Origin: a virus
Taxonomy: Duplodnaviria; Caudoviricetes
Direction: 5' to 3' (one strand)
Virus record (IMG/VR): IMGVR_UViG_3300012894_000127
Span: 1 to 33,680 of that record
Length of the DNA: 33,680 nt
Shown here: positions 1-8,534 of the stretch, in pieces
How positions within the stretch are numbered: the stretch's first letter is position 1
How the letters are laid out: each line of letters opens with the position of its first letter
Made by a program: the position numbers and the translations under genes
The notes under the pieces: model-generated
What the model was told of the DNA's origin: nothing
Database searches by the model: none
What the model saw: only the letters and a program-made list of their open reading frames with translations

Positions 1-1203
1 TTGAACATCTTGAACCAGAAGACCGAGCAGGTCGCCCCTGACCGGCTCCTCCCGCACCCCAGGAACCCCAACGTCGGCAGAACGGACGTCATCCAGGCCA
101 GCATCGAGGAGCTGGGCTTCTACGGCGCGATCGTCGCGCAGCAGTCCACCCGGCACATCCTCGTCGGCCACCACCGTCACCAAGCCGCCGTGCAGGCCGG
201 AGCCGAGAAGGTGCCGGTCATCTGGGTCGATGTCTCCGACGCTGTGGCCCTCAAGATTCTGCTCGTTGACAACCGCACTGCCGAGCTGGGCCAGCGCGAC
301 GAGGAGGCGGTGGCGGCGCTCCTGCAGGAGATGCTCGACAGCGGGGACGGCCTGATCGGCACTGGCTATGACACCGACGACCTGGACCAGCTGCTCGCCA
401 GCTTGCAAGGTGACGTCCTACCACCGGTGGATGACGATGAGCCTGCCAGCGCGAGTGAACTCGAAGTCGCCCAGGAGAAGTGGGCCGTGCAGCCCGGCGA
501 CATCTGGGAGATCAGCAGCCTCAGCACCCCAGGCCGGTCCCACCGCGTCCTGTGCGGCGACGGCTTGGCCCCCGGCGCGTTCGACCAGCTGCTGCAAGGT
601 GACTCGCCGGACGTGATCCACTGCGACCCGCCCTACGGCATCAGCATCGTCAACACCGGCGGCCAGATTGGCAGCGGCCAAGTTTACCGCCCCGTCATCG
701 GCGACGACAGCACGGACACTGCCGTGCGCGCCTACCAGCTGACGAGCGAGCGCTTCCCGAAGGCGGTCCATGTCTGGTGGGGCGGCAACTACTACGCCGA
801 CCACCTGCCGCCGAGCATGGGCTGGCTGGTATGGGACAAGCAAAACGACGGCCTGAGCTTCGCCGACGTCGAGCTGGCCTGGACGAATCAGCACCGCGCC
901 GCCCGGATGTTCCGCCACCTGTGGAGCGGCGGCGCACGGGGCAGCGAAACCGATGAGCGCCGCATCCACCCGACCCAGAAGCCCATTGCTCTGGGGGTCT
1001 GGGTGCTCGAACAGCTCGCCGCGCCCGGCAGCATCGTGCTCGACTTGTTCCTGGGCAGTGGCATGAGCCTGCTGGCCGCCGAGCAGCACGGTAGCGTCTG
1101 CTTTGCTGCCGAGATCGAGCCGCTCTACGTCGCGGGCGTACTGGAACGCGCAGCGCGGCGGGGCTTGAGCTGCACCCGCCAGACACCCGTGAAGTTCCGC
1201 TGA
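1..1203 (+). CDS. ParB-like N-terminal domain fused to a beta-class amino (N6A/N4C) DNA methyltransferase; 5' end at window edge
   Basis: N-terminal LLPHPRNP...SIEELGF...ILVGHHR (ParB/Srx-like). Catalytic DPPY lies before the SAM-binding LDLFLGSG, with HPTQKP between. Typical position upstream of the terminase. Confidence 0.9.
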   Translation: MNILNQKTEQVAPDRLLPHPRNPNVGRTDVIQASIEELGFYGAIVAQQSTRHILVGHHRHQAAVQAGAEKVPVIWVDVSDAVALKILLVDNRTAELGQRDEEAVAALLQEMLDSGDGLIGTGYDTDDLDQLLASLQGDVLPPVDDDEPASASELEVAQEKWAVQPGDIWEISSLSTPGRSHRVLCGDGLAPGAFDQLLQGDSPDVIHCDPPYGISIVNTGGQIGSGQVYRPVIGDDSTDTAVRAYQLTSERFPKAVHVWWGGNYYADHLPPSMGWLVWDKQNDGLSFADVELAWTNQHRAARMFRHLWSGGARGSETDERRIHPTQKPIALGVWVLEQLAAPGSIVLDLFLGSGMSLLAAEQHGSVCFAAEIEPLYVAGVLERAARRGLSCTRQTPVKFR

Positions 1204-1249
1204 GGCCCTTGCCAGCGCATCCGGTTTCCGTACCCCGAGGAGGTGAAAC

Positions 1250-1812
1250 ATGATTGACCCCAAACCCAAGCAAAAAGTAGTCGTCGCAGTCGCGCGAAGC
1301 GCGAGCCGAACCCCGGTGGACGGCCCGCTGGCTACGACTGGAGTGCCCTGCGCCGTGAGTTCATTCGAGGCGAAGACAATGTGACTTTCGAGTCCCTGAG
1401 TCACAGAACTGGTGCGCCCACCTACGGCACGATTAAAAACCGTGCAGCACGCGAGGATTGGACGGATTTGCGCGTGCAGTTTCGTGACTCAGCGATGACT
1501 CGAATTTGAGATATCGACCTCGATCTGAAAGCGGAAGTGCGGGGTCGTCACGCCAAGGTCGGCAAGGCCCTGATCACCCTGGGCGTGCGGGCGCTGGCGC
1601 ATCAGAACCCTTCGACGTTGGAGGCCGTGGACGCGGTTCGGCTGCTGAAGATCGGCACGGACATCGAGCGCAAGGCCCTGGGGATGGAAGAGGTGCAGAT
1701 CCGGGTGGGGCGCATCAAGAACCCCGAGGACCTGGACAAGCTTGGCGAGACGGACCTGTGGCAAGTGGCGAACATGTTGCCCCCTGGAGAAGATGATGAC
1801 GACGAGCTCTAG
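1250..1812 (+). pseudogene. terS: Terminase small subunit, disrupted (frameshift near 1258-1276 and in-frame TGA at 1507-1509)
   Basis: Strong RBS GAGGAGGTG and ATG at 1250, but that frame stops after 44 codons. The -1 frame from 1258 encodes GGRPAGYDWSALRREFIRGEDNVTFESLSHRTGAPTYGTIKNRAAREDW (TerS-like HTH), hits TGA at 1507, then continues in frame into ORF 1537-1812, which overlaps terL. Reconstructed length about 187 aa. Confidence 0.75.
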
Positions 1813-3658
1813 ATTTCCTGCCTGGCTGACCCGCAAGGCGGTCATTCAAGCCATCGCGCGTAAGCGCCTGCGTACAATGGGCAAGCTCCCAGACGACAAA
1901 GACGGCAATCAGCAGGCCAAGTGGAACAAGTACCAGACCAACCTCCTCGGCTTCTGCGAGAAGGTTCTCGGCATGACGCCCTGGCGCGGCATGAACGGTC
2001 ACGCCGGACAGTACGAAGTGCTCGAAGCCATCCAGGACAGCGTCACCCGGCAGCTCGTGGGCGAGACCAACGTCCCGTACATTTTCGTGGTGGAGGCCGG
2101 GCACGGCTTGGGCAAAACCTACGGCATCGAAGCGCCCGTCATGGCCTGGTTTTACCGCTGCTTCGCGCCCAGCGTCATTCAGAGCACCGCGAACAGTGTT
2201 CAGCAGGTGCGCGACACCCTCTGGAAAGACGTCCGGACCCACGTCACCAACGCCCGCGCCCGCCGCCGCGACGTGATGCCCGGCCTGCTGCCGCGCGACA
2301 TGCGCGCTGAGCAGTCGGCCAACCACTTTGCGATGGGATTTACCACCAGCGACGCGGGCGGCAGCGGCACCGAGCGCGCCCAGGGCCAGCACAACGCCTT
2401 CCACCTGTGGGTGTTCGAGGAAGCGGAGGGCGTACCGGAGTTCATGTACGACGCGGTCAAGCGCCAGTTCACCGGCAACACCGTGCGGATCTGGCTGCTG
2501 GTGGCCAACCCGAAGACCAGCAGCAGCACCTTCCAGGAAATGAAGCTGCATCCGCTCGCCACGGTGTTCCGCCTGAGCCTGCTGAACTTCCCGAACGTCT
2601 GGAACGGCACGAACGAGGTGCCTGGTGGTACTGACCGGACCACCTTCAACAACTGGATTGAAGACCAGCGGACGTTCGGCTGCGAGGTGCTGCCGGAGCA
2701 CGATGAGGCCCGGCATACCTTCGAGCTGCCCTGGCCGGTCCCGAAAGCGGGTGGTGGGCAGCATGCGCCCGGCACGATCTTCGCCCCCAAACGGGGGTTT
2801 CTTTATGGGGCGCTGGGCATCCCCCCGAGCGGTGGCGGCGGCGACACCTTCATCAGCGCCGGGCGCTTCGACGCTTGCGTAGTTCGGGAAGTCGAACCGG
2901 AAGGTCAGGCGGCGGCGGGACTCGCCGCTGCCCTGCTGGTGGCCGTGGCGACCCATCAGCCGCTGCGGCGACCGGTGCGCCGGGTGCAGCTGGGCATCGA
3001 CTGCTCGCGGTTCGGTGACGACGCTGGTACCCTCTACAGCCTCTTCGACCGCACCTTGAAGTTCGAGGACGCCATTCAGGGCGCGCAGGATGCGGACGAA
3101 ATCACGCGAACCGATCGGTACGTGCAGGCTGCCCGACTGGCCTTACGTCGCGCGGCAGCCGTCGGTGCTACAGCGGCCAGTATCCGGGTGGACATGGCCT
3201 ACGGCAGCGGCATCGTGGACGGCCTCAAGAAAGCCGAGGATCTCCAGAGGCTGTTCCCTGACGGCTATCACGTCTATGAGGTTCCCTTCGGTGCAGCAGC
3301 CTCCGACCGCGAACAGTACGCCGACCTGGTGACTGAGATGTATGCGCTGGCCGACGAGGTGCTCAGTGTGGTGCACATCCAGAACCCACCCCTGCTGCTC
3401 AAGCGTGACCTGACCGAGCGCAAGTACGGGTACGTCACCAGGGGCGACCGCGACGTCAAGAAGCTGGAGCAGAAGACCAAGTTCAAGCAGCGCACCAAGG
3501 GGCAAAGCCCGGATGACGGCGACGGCGCGGTCCTCGCGTTGGCTCCGGAGCGGCTGTTCGTCCTGCCGGATGCCAAGCCGTTCACGCCTCCAACCGGCGG
3601 CGTGGGCATCTGCGTGCAGGACCTGGGTAAATCGAGTGCCTGGCGCACGAGGAGGTGA
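1796..3658 (+). CDS. terL: Terminase large subunit
   Basis: Walker A EAGHGLGKT, Walker B-like LWVFEEAEG, motif LVANP, nuclease motifs LGIDCSRFGDD and SPDDGD. Start ATG 1796 (or 1793) chosen from the GGAG RBS. Confidence 0.92.
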   Translation: MTTSSRFPAWLTRKAVIQAIARKRLRTMGKLPDDKDGNQQAKWNKYQTNLLGFCEKVLGMTPWRGMNGHAGQYEVLEAIQDSVTRQLVGETNVPYIFVVEAGHGLGKTYGIEAPVMAWFYRCFAPSVIQSTANSVQQVRDTLWKDVRTHVTNARARRRDVMPGLLPRDMRAEQSANHFAMGFTTSDAGGSGTERAQGQHNAFHLWVFEEAEGVPEFMYDAVKRQFTGNTVRIWLLVANPKTSSSTFQEMKLHPLATVFRLSLLNFPNVWNGTNEVPGGTDRTTFNNWIEDQRTFGCEVLPEHDEARHTFELPWPVPKAGGGQHAPGTIFAPKRGFLYGALGIPPSGGGGDTFISAGRFDACVVREVEPEGQAAAGLAAALLVAVATHQPLRRPVRRVQLGIDCSRFGDDAGTLYSLFDRTLKFEDAIQGAQDADEITRTDRYVQAARLALRRAAAVGATAASIRVDMAYGSGIVDGLKKAEDLQRLFPDGYHVYEVPFGAAASDREQYADLVTEMYALADEVLSVVHIQNPPLLLKRDLTERKYGYVTRGDRDVKKLEQKTKFKQRTKGQSPDDGDGAVLALAPERLFVLPDAKPFTPPTGGVGICVQDLGKSSAWRTRR

Positions 3659-3664
3659 TGACAA

Positions 3665-5080
3665 CTGAAGAGAATCGACCTGGGCATCCTCGGCACCACC
3701 GGCAACGGTGGAGCCTGGTGGGACCGCGAACTGCCGGAGTTCGGGCGCAGCGCCAGCGAACAGTACACCGAGATCCGCGACAACAGCGCCGTCGTGGGCG
3801 GCGCACTCTTCGCGCTGGAGAGCTTCTTCCGCCGGGTCACCTGGACGGCCAGAGCGGCCATCAAACCGGACGGTCCCAGAGGGGCCTGGACTGAGGCACG
3901 GGCGAAGTACTGGGCAGGCTTCCTCGACCAGTCTGTGGACGACATGAGTCACACCTTCCCCGGCTTCATCGCCGAGGTGCTGACCATGCTCCCGCACGGC
4001 TGGAGCTACTTCGAGGTGATTTACAAGTACCGGCGCGGCCCCGGTGAGCAAGACCCCCGGTACCGCAGCCGCTACACCGACAATCTGCTCGGCTGGCGCA
4101 AGCTGAGCCTTAGACCCCCGAACACCCTTTCTCGCTGGGAGTTCGATGGCGACGGCGGCATTCAGGGCATGTGGCAGAGCACCAGCAAGGGCGAGGTCTT
4201 CTTGCCGATCCAGCGCTCGCTGCACTTCCGCACCACCGAAGCGGGCAACCACCCGGAAGGCCGCTCGATGCTCAAGAACGCCCGGCGCAGCTACTACTAC
4301 CAGAAGCGCCTGGAAGAGTTCGAAGCCATCGGCGTCGAGCGCAATCTCACCGGCATCCCGCACGTCCAGGTGCCCGCTGAGTTCCTCTCGACCACTGCCA
4401 CGCTGGAGCAGCAGGCCACGCTGGCCTTCCTGGTCGAGCAGGCCAGGGCGTTGCGCCGAGACGAGGCAGGCGTCATCGTCTCGCCCAGTGAGACCTACAT
4501 CGAGACGGTGGTCGATCCGGTCACGCGGGCCAGCAAGCCGGTACAGCTCAACACCGGCTACAAGTTCGGCGTGATCGGCTCCCCCGGTACCGGCATCGAC
4601 GTGAACCCGATCATCACCCGGTATAAGCGCGACGTGGCGGTGACGATGCTGGCCAGCTTCCTGATGCTCGGCATCGACGGGAAAGGTTCACTCGCGCTGA
4701 GCACCGATCTGACCGACCTCTTCGAGCTGGCGGGGTCGGGCATCCTCGACGGTGTGGCAGCCACCTTCAACCGCTTCGCCGTGGCGCAGCTGATGCAGCT
4801 CAACGGCGTCCCCGCCGAACTTTGGCCGACGCTGGAACACGGTGGGCTGAGCGACGCGGCGCTCAAGGCCATGTTCGACACGCTGAACAAGCTCCTGGCC
4901 AGCGGCGGTGTCACGCCGGACCTCGGCCTGGAAAACGAACTGCGCGACAAGCTGGGCCTCGGCCAGAAAGCCGAACCAGATCCAGCTGCTGCACCTGCCG
5001 TGCAGACCGGCTCTGGTCAGCAGGACCCCGCCACGGAGAAGACTGCCGCCCTGATCGACTTCAACTTCGATGCCCATTGA
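3665..5080 (+). CDS. Portal protein (DUF935/Mu gp29-like); start uncertain (CTG 3665, or frameshifted from ATG 3658)
   Basis: Position after terL. The frame is open from 3662 and encodes IDLGILGTTG...YTEIRDNSAVVGGALFALE before the ORF-track start at 3794. Motifs MLPHGWSYFEVIY, HPEGRSML and EAIGVERNLTGIP are portal-like. Confidence 0.85.
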   Translation: MKRIDLGILGTTGNGGAWWDRELPEFGRSASEQYTEIRDNSAVVGGALFALESFFRRVTWTARAAIKPDGPRGAWTEARAKYWAGFLDQSVDDMSHTFPGFIAEVLTMLPHGWSYFEVIYKYRRGPGEQDPRYRSRYTDNLLGWRKLSLRPPNTLSRWEFDGDGGIQGMWQSTSKGEVFLPIQRSLHFRTTEAGNHPEGRSMLKNARRSYYYQKRLEEFEAIGVERNLTGIPHVQVPAEFLSTTATLEQQATLAFLVEQARALRRDEAGVIVSPSETYIETVVDPVTRASKPVQLNTGYKFGVIGSPGTGIDVNPIITRYKRDVAVTMLASFLMLGIDGKGSLALSTDLTDLFELAGSGILDGVAATFNRFAVAQLMQLNGVPAELWPTLEHGGLSDAALKAMFDTLNKLLASGGVTPDLGLENELRDKLGLGQKAEPDPAAAPAVQTGSGQQDPATEKTAALIDFNFDAH

Positions 5081-5106
5081 GAACGGCGGAACTTCGTACT
5101 GATCGC

Positions 5107-6210
5107 TTAATGCGCAATGAGCCACGCTTTAACAGCGGTTTCCAGAGCGTCAAAGGAGGCGAAACCAATGGTTCTGGCTGCGGCATCGCCGTTTCCCGTC
5201 TTTGCGAAAGCAAGTGCAAGGCGCTTCGGCTGGTCCTTGCCCCGCTGCTCTGCCAAGAACTCGACTACCCCGAGTCCCTGGCTGTAAGTGTGGTCCCATC
5301 GGTACTCGGGCACATCGTGAAAGTCCACCAACTTCGACAACGGCACCCAACCAACAGCGGCGTAGGTCTTCGCTCTGCTGTTCCATTCCTGTAACCGCTG
5401 TTTGTTCAAGAAGCTCCGGGCAGCGTAATTTGCCATGCCCTCGTGCAACCACCACGGAATGGGCTTGTTCGGGCTCTGGCTCTCTTGAGAAAGGGCCAGA
5501 TGGGTGAATTCGTGAGTCAGCACTTGAAGGATCGCCCGTCGAATCTCAGCGGCGCTCCCGCTGGGCATGACGAACTTGATGGCCTCGCCTGGTTCATGCC
5601 AACCATTGACGGGCGGCAAAGACAGATAGACGCTGGCGCTCAAGCTAGAGAAGTCCGGATAGACCTTGATCGTCACGTCTTTGGGCACTGTCATTCCAAG
5701 CACGTCACGAACCTCTTGAGCAGCGCCCTCGGTGAGCAGAGCAAACGGGGCCAGGCGCTCCATCAGACCTGGTGTATTGAGCACGAGAAGATGACCCATT
5801 CCCGATTTCAAAGGAGTAAAGGCTTCTCCGGCATATCGCCATAGCTTCCCCAAATGGACAAGTTGAACGGGCACCGTAACGCGGCTTGTTTGCCCTTTCG
5901 TCTGACTTTCATCCTCTGGAGGCCGCGTCCAAACGAGCGTCAGCTTGGCGCTTGCTCCTGAATCTTGCGGCTGAATGTCGTTGAAGGCGTAAGTCACGTC
6001 TTGAGATGGATGGCGGGTCAAGTCAGCCGCGAAGTTGGTGCCCTCGACGGTGAATGTGCCGTTTGGGGCAAGGAGCTTTTGGTAAGCGGCGGCATCGCCA
6101 GTACGGGCGGCCGCTTGAAGGGCCTGAGCCAATTCCTGTGGCGTGTGCTGAGCAAGCGTCGTGGAAGACAACAGGAGAAGCGAGGTGAACAAGGCAGCCT
6201 GAAATGTCAT
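5107..6210 (-). CDS. Secreted gluzincin (peptidase MA-like) zinc metallopeptidase with an NTF2-like N-terminal domain; moron
   Basis: Signal peptide MTFQAALFTSLLLLSSTTLA. HEFTH motif followed by WWLHEGMANY (third zinc ligand Glu). Opposite strand and visibly lower GC than its neighbours. Confidence 0.85.
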   Translation of the reverse strand: MTFQAALFTSLLLLSSTTLAQHTPQELAQALQAAARTGDAAAYQKLLAPNGTFTVEGTNFAADLTRHPSQDVTYAFNDIQPQDSGASAKLTLVWTRPPEDESQTKGQTSRVTVPVQLVHLGKLWRYAGEAFTPLKSGMGHLLVLNTPGLMERLAPFALLTEGAAQEVRDVLGMTVPKDVTIKVYPDFSSLSASVYLSLPPVNGWHEPGEAIKFVMPSGSAAEIRRAILQVLTHEFTHLALSQESQSPNKPIPWWLHEGMANYAARSFLNKQRLQEWNSRAKTYAAVGWVPLSKLVDFHDVPEYRWDHTYSQGLGVVEFLAEQRGKDQPKRLALAFAKTGNGDAAARTIGFASFDALETAVKAWLIAH

Positions 6211-6215
6211 CCCTC

Positions 6216-6221
6216 AGCTTA
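6216..6221 (-). promoter_or_regulatory. -10 element (TAAGCT) of a probable leaderless promoter for the peptidase
   Basis: Minus strand reads TAAGCT-gaggg-ATG(6210). A -10 box a few nt before the start codon is the leaderless architecture common in Deinococcus. Confidence 0.65.
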
Positions 6222-6344
6222 CGGATGTCGGGATGACAGTGCACCGGGCGAAGTCACCGGCGCAGCTTGGGCGATCGAATCATCAAGCAGAGAAGCCAAC
6301 TTTAGACGAACGGATGCCAGGACCAATTCCCCAGGAGGTACGCC

Positions 6345-6395
6345 ATGTCCCAGCACGCAGGCCGTCCCCGAGACGCGCCGAAAGGAGTCCTATGA
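6345..6395 (+). CDS. 16-aa mini-ORF (MSQHAGRPRDAPKGVL) coupled to the prohead protease
   Basis: AGGAGGT RBS just upstream of ATG 6345. Its TGA overlaps the protease ATG (ATGA 6392-6395). Confidence 0.4.
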   Translation: MSQHAGRPRDAPKGVL

Positions 6396-8017
6396 ACGTC
6401 ATTTCACTCGCCCTGGTCACCCGGTCTTTCTACAACCAGGTCTGGGCCGTTACCCCCGAAATGTACGGGGTGATGGAAAGCATCATCTTGGAGCGGCTTG
6501 AAGGCTACAAGCCCAGCACTGAAGAGATCAAAGCGCGCGTGGACGGCACCACGTACGGCAGCGACGTCGAGGGCACGCCCGGCAGTGAGATTGCCGTCGT
6601 GGCCCTGCACGGGGTGCTGATGAGCCGTATTCAGGCGATGGAGAGCCTCAGCGGCGGCAGCACGCCGCAGCGCTTTGCCTCGCTGGTGCAGGCCGCTGCC
6701 GATGACCCTCAGGTGGGCACCATCGTGATTTCGGTGGACTCGCCCGGCGGTGCGGTGAGCGGGACCGGCGTGGCCGCAGAAGCAGTCGCGTACGCTGCGA
6801 GCAAGAAGCGCACCATCGCCGTAGTGGATGACTCGGCTTACAGTGCGGCGTACTGGCTGGCTTCGCAGGCCACCGAGATCGTGATTCCCGAAAGCGGCGG
6901 GGTCGGTTCGATCGGCGTCATCATGGCCCACCTCGATCGGCGAGAGCAGTACGCCAAAGCGGGTGTGAAGCCCACCGTGCTGCGTTCCGGCGCGAACAAA
7001 GCCCTCGGCCAGAGCAGCGAAGCCCTCACACCCGCAGTCCGGGCCAAGCTCGAAGGCGACATGCAGAAGTACCACGATCTGTTCGTCTCAGCCGTGGCCC
7101 TCGGGCGCGGCCAGACCGCCGAGTACGTCCAGACCAACTGGGCGGACGGCAGCACCTGGCTCGGGCAGGAGGCGGTCGATCTGGGACTGGCAGACCGCAT
7201 CGGCACCCTGGCCAGCGTCCTGGCCGAGCTGCAGGGTGCGGAAGCCGAGACGCCGCCCGCCACTTCCTTCTCACCAGCTGCCAGCGCCGCTCCACCCGGT
7301 CAAGCTGAGCAAAAGCAAGCCGACAGTGACGATGCGCCGCCCCCACCCGGGGCGGCGTCTTCGTCAAGCCCGATTCAGGCGCAGGACGCGCCACCGGAGG
7401 AATCCATGAACATCGCCGCCATGACCGCCAAGCTCGCCGCCAATCAGCCGCTCACTGCCGAAGAATCGGCCTTCCTGGCCAGCCACCTTGGGGCTGCCAC
7501 CACGCCCACCCCGGCTCCAGCGGCCACACCTGCGGCAGCCGCCCAGCCCGCTGCGGTCCAGCCGGACACCAGTGCCTGGCCCGCTGAGGCCCGCGCTGCC
7601 TTTGAGGGCCTCAGCGCGCGCTTGAGCGCCACTGATGCCCGCGCCGTCGCGGCGGAACAGAGCGCCACTGCTGAGCGCAACATCCGTCTCACTGGCCACT
7701 TCGAACAGCGCGCCCACGCCCTCGGGCAGCCCACCGAGTTTGCCGCCACCCTGCGCGCCGCCCACGACAAGCTCAGCAAAGAAGAGTACGAAGCCTACGA
7801 GGCCGCCTTGAACCGGGGTGCAGCGGCAGCCAGCAACCTGCTCGACGCGCGCGGCTCCAGCCAGGCCCAGAGCGGCGACGCGACCAGCGAACTCAACACC
7901 CGCGCGCAGGCTCTGATGGCTGCCGACACCCGCCTGACGCTCGCTGCCGCCCAGCAGCAGGTCTTCGCGGCTGACCCGGCCTTCGCTCGCCGCTACAACG
8001 CCGCCTTCCACCGCTAA
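6392..8017 (+). CDS. S49 (SppA-like) prohead maturation protease fused to a C-terminal scaffold
   Basis: DSPGG, AYSAAYWLAS and VGSIGV motifs, an Ala/Pro-rich linker and a helical C-terminus. AAGGAG RBS before ATG 6392. Confidence 0.92.
   Translation: MNVISLALVTRSFYNQVWAVTPEMYGVMESIILERLEGYKPSTEEIKARVDGTTYGSDVEGTPGSEIAVVALHGVLMSRIQAMESLSGGSTPQRFASLVQAAADDPQVGTIVISVDSPGGAVSGTGVAAEAVAYAASKKRTIAVVDDSAYSAAYWLASQATEIVIPESGGVGSIGVIMAHLDRREQYAKAGVKPTVLRSGANKALGQSSEALTPAVRAKLEGDMQKYHDLFVSAVALGRGQTAEYVQTNWADGSTWLGQEAVDLGLADRIGTLASVLAELQGAEAETPPATSFSPAASAAPPGQAEQKQADSDDAPPPPGAASSSSPIQAQDAPPEESMNIAAMTAKLAANQPLTAEESAFLASHLGAATTPTPAPAATPAAAAQPAAVQPDTSAWPAEARAAFEGLSARLSATDARAVAAEQSATAERNIRLTGHFEQRAHALGQPTEFAATLRAAHDKLSKEEYEAYEAALNRGAAAASNLLDARGSSQAQSGDATSELNTRAQALMAADTRLTLAAAQQQVFAADPAFARRYNAAFHR
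7406..8017 (+). CDS. Nested in-frame scaffolding protein (lambda Nu3-like arrangement), 203 aa
   Basis: Internal GGAGGA RBS 4-5 nt before an in-frame ATG (MNIAAMTAKL) directly after the low-complexity linker. Confidence 0.7.
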   Translation: MNIAAMTAKLAANQPLTAEESAFLASHLGAATTPTPAPAATPAAAAQPAAVQPDTSAWPAEARAAFEGLSARLSATDARAVAAEQSATAERNIRLTGHFEQRAHALGQPTEFAATLRAAHDKLSKEEYEAYEAALNRGAAAASNLLDARGSSQAQSGDATSELNTRAQALMAADTRLTLAAAQQQVFAADPAFARRYNAAFHR

Positions 8018-8068
8018 GCCCCCGGTCGCCCGTCCCTCTCACCCCGTTCCACCCCTTAAGGAGCCCAC

Positions 8069-8437
8069 ATGGCCACCGTTAAGCCCGAACAGAAAGACGC
8101 CGGTCCCAGCGCCGGTGACCTCACCACCCACCAGTGGCACGCCTGCAAGCGCACGCCCGCTGGCATCGACGTCGCCGACACCACCGAATCGGTGGCGGGC
8201 ATCATCGAATACCCCGGCTTCAAAGCCGGAAGCACCACGACCTACCACACGCTGGGCCGCAGCAAGGTCAAGACCCTGGTCGCCGTCGTGGCCGGTGACT
8301 TCGCCAAGATCAGCGCGACGCCCGGTATCGCCACCAAAGCCGCTGCCGGTGACGCCTACTTCGCCGTGTTTGCCGAGGCGGGTCCCGCTGGAGCCATCGT
8401 GCCCATCGACCTCGACCGGGGCATCCGGCACGCCTGA
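8069..8437 (+). CDS. Head decoration / capsid cement protein
   Basis: 122 aa, Gly/Ala-rich beta-type protein between scaffold and capsid. TAAGGAG RBS with a pyrimidine-rich leader. Confidence 0.7.
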   Translation: MATVKPEQKDAGPSAGDLTTHQWHACKRTPAGIDVADTTESVAGIIEYPGFKAGSTTTYHTLGRSKVKTLVAVVAGDFAKISATPGIATKAAAGDAYFAVFAEAGPAGAIVPIDLDRGIRHA

Positions 8438-8534
8438 AGCAAACACGTCCGCTCCCAGCGCCGCTTGAGCATCTGCCAGGCGGCGTGTTCTGTTGCTGTC
8501 TCTCTCTCACCCTCTCTCGAAAGGATGTGCCCTC

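Noticed and set aside
1507-1540. TGA recoding (selenocysteine or alternative genetic code) in terS
   Set aside because: Most genes here end in TGA with tight overlaps, and there is no convincing SECIS-like hairpin. A point mutation is simpler.
418-4363. Long minus-strand ORFs (418-1404, 1715-2956, 3143-4363)
   Set aside because: Antisense shadows of well-supported genes in GC-rich DNA, with no motifs.
6233-6391. Upstream extension of the protease ORF
   Set aside because: Covers the divergent moron's upstream region. The RBS and domain start support ATG 6392.
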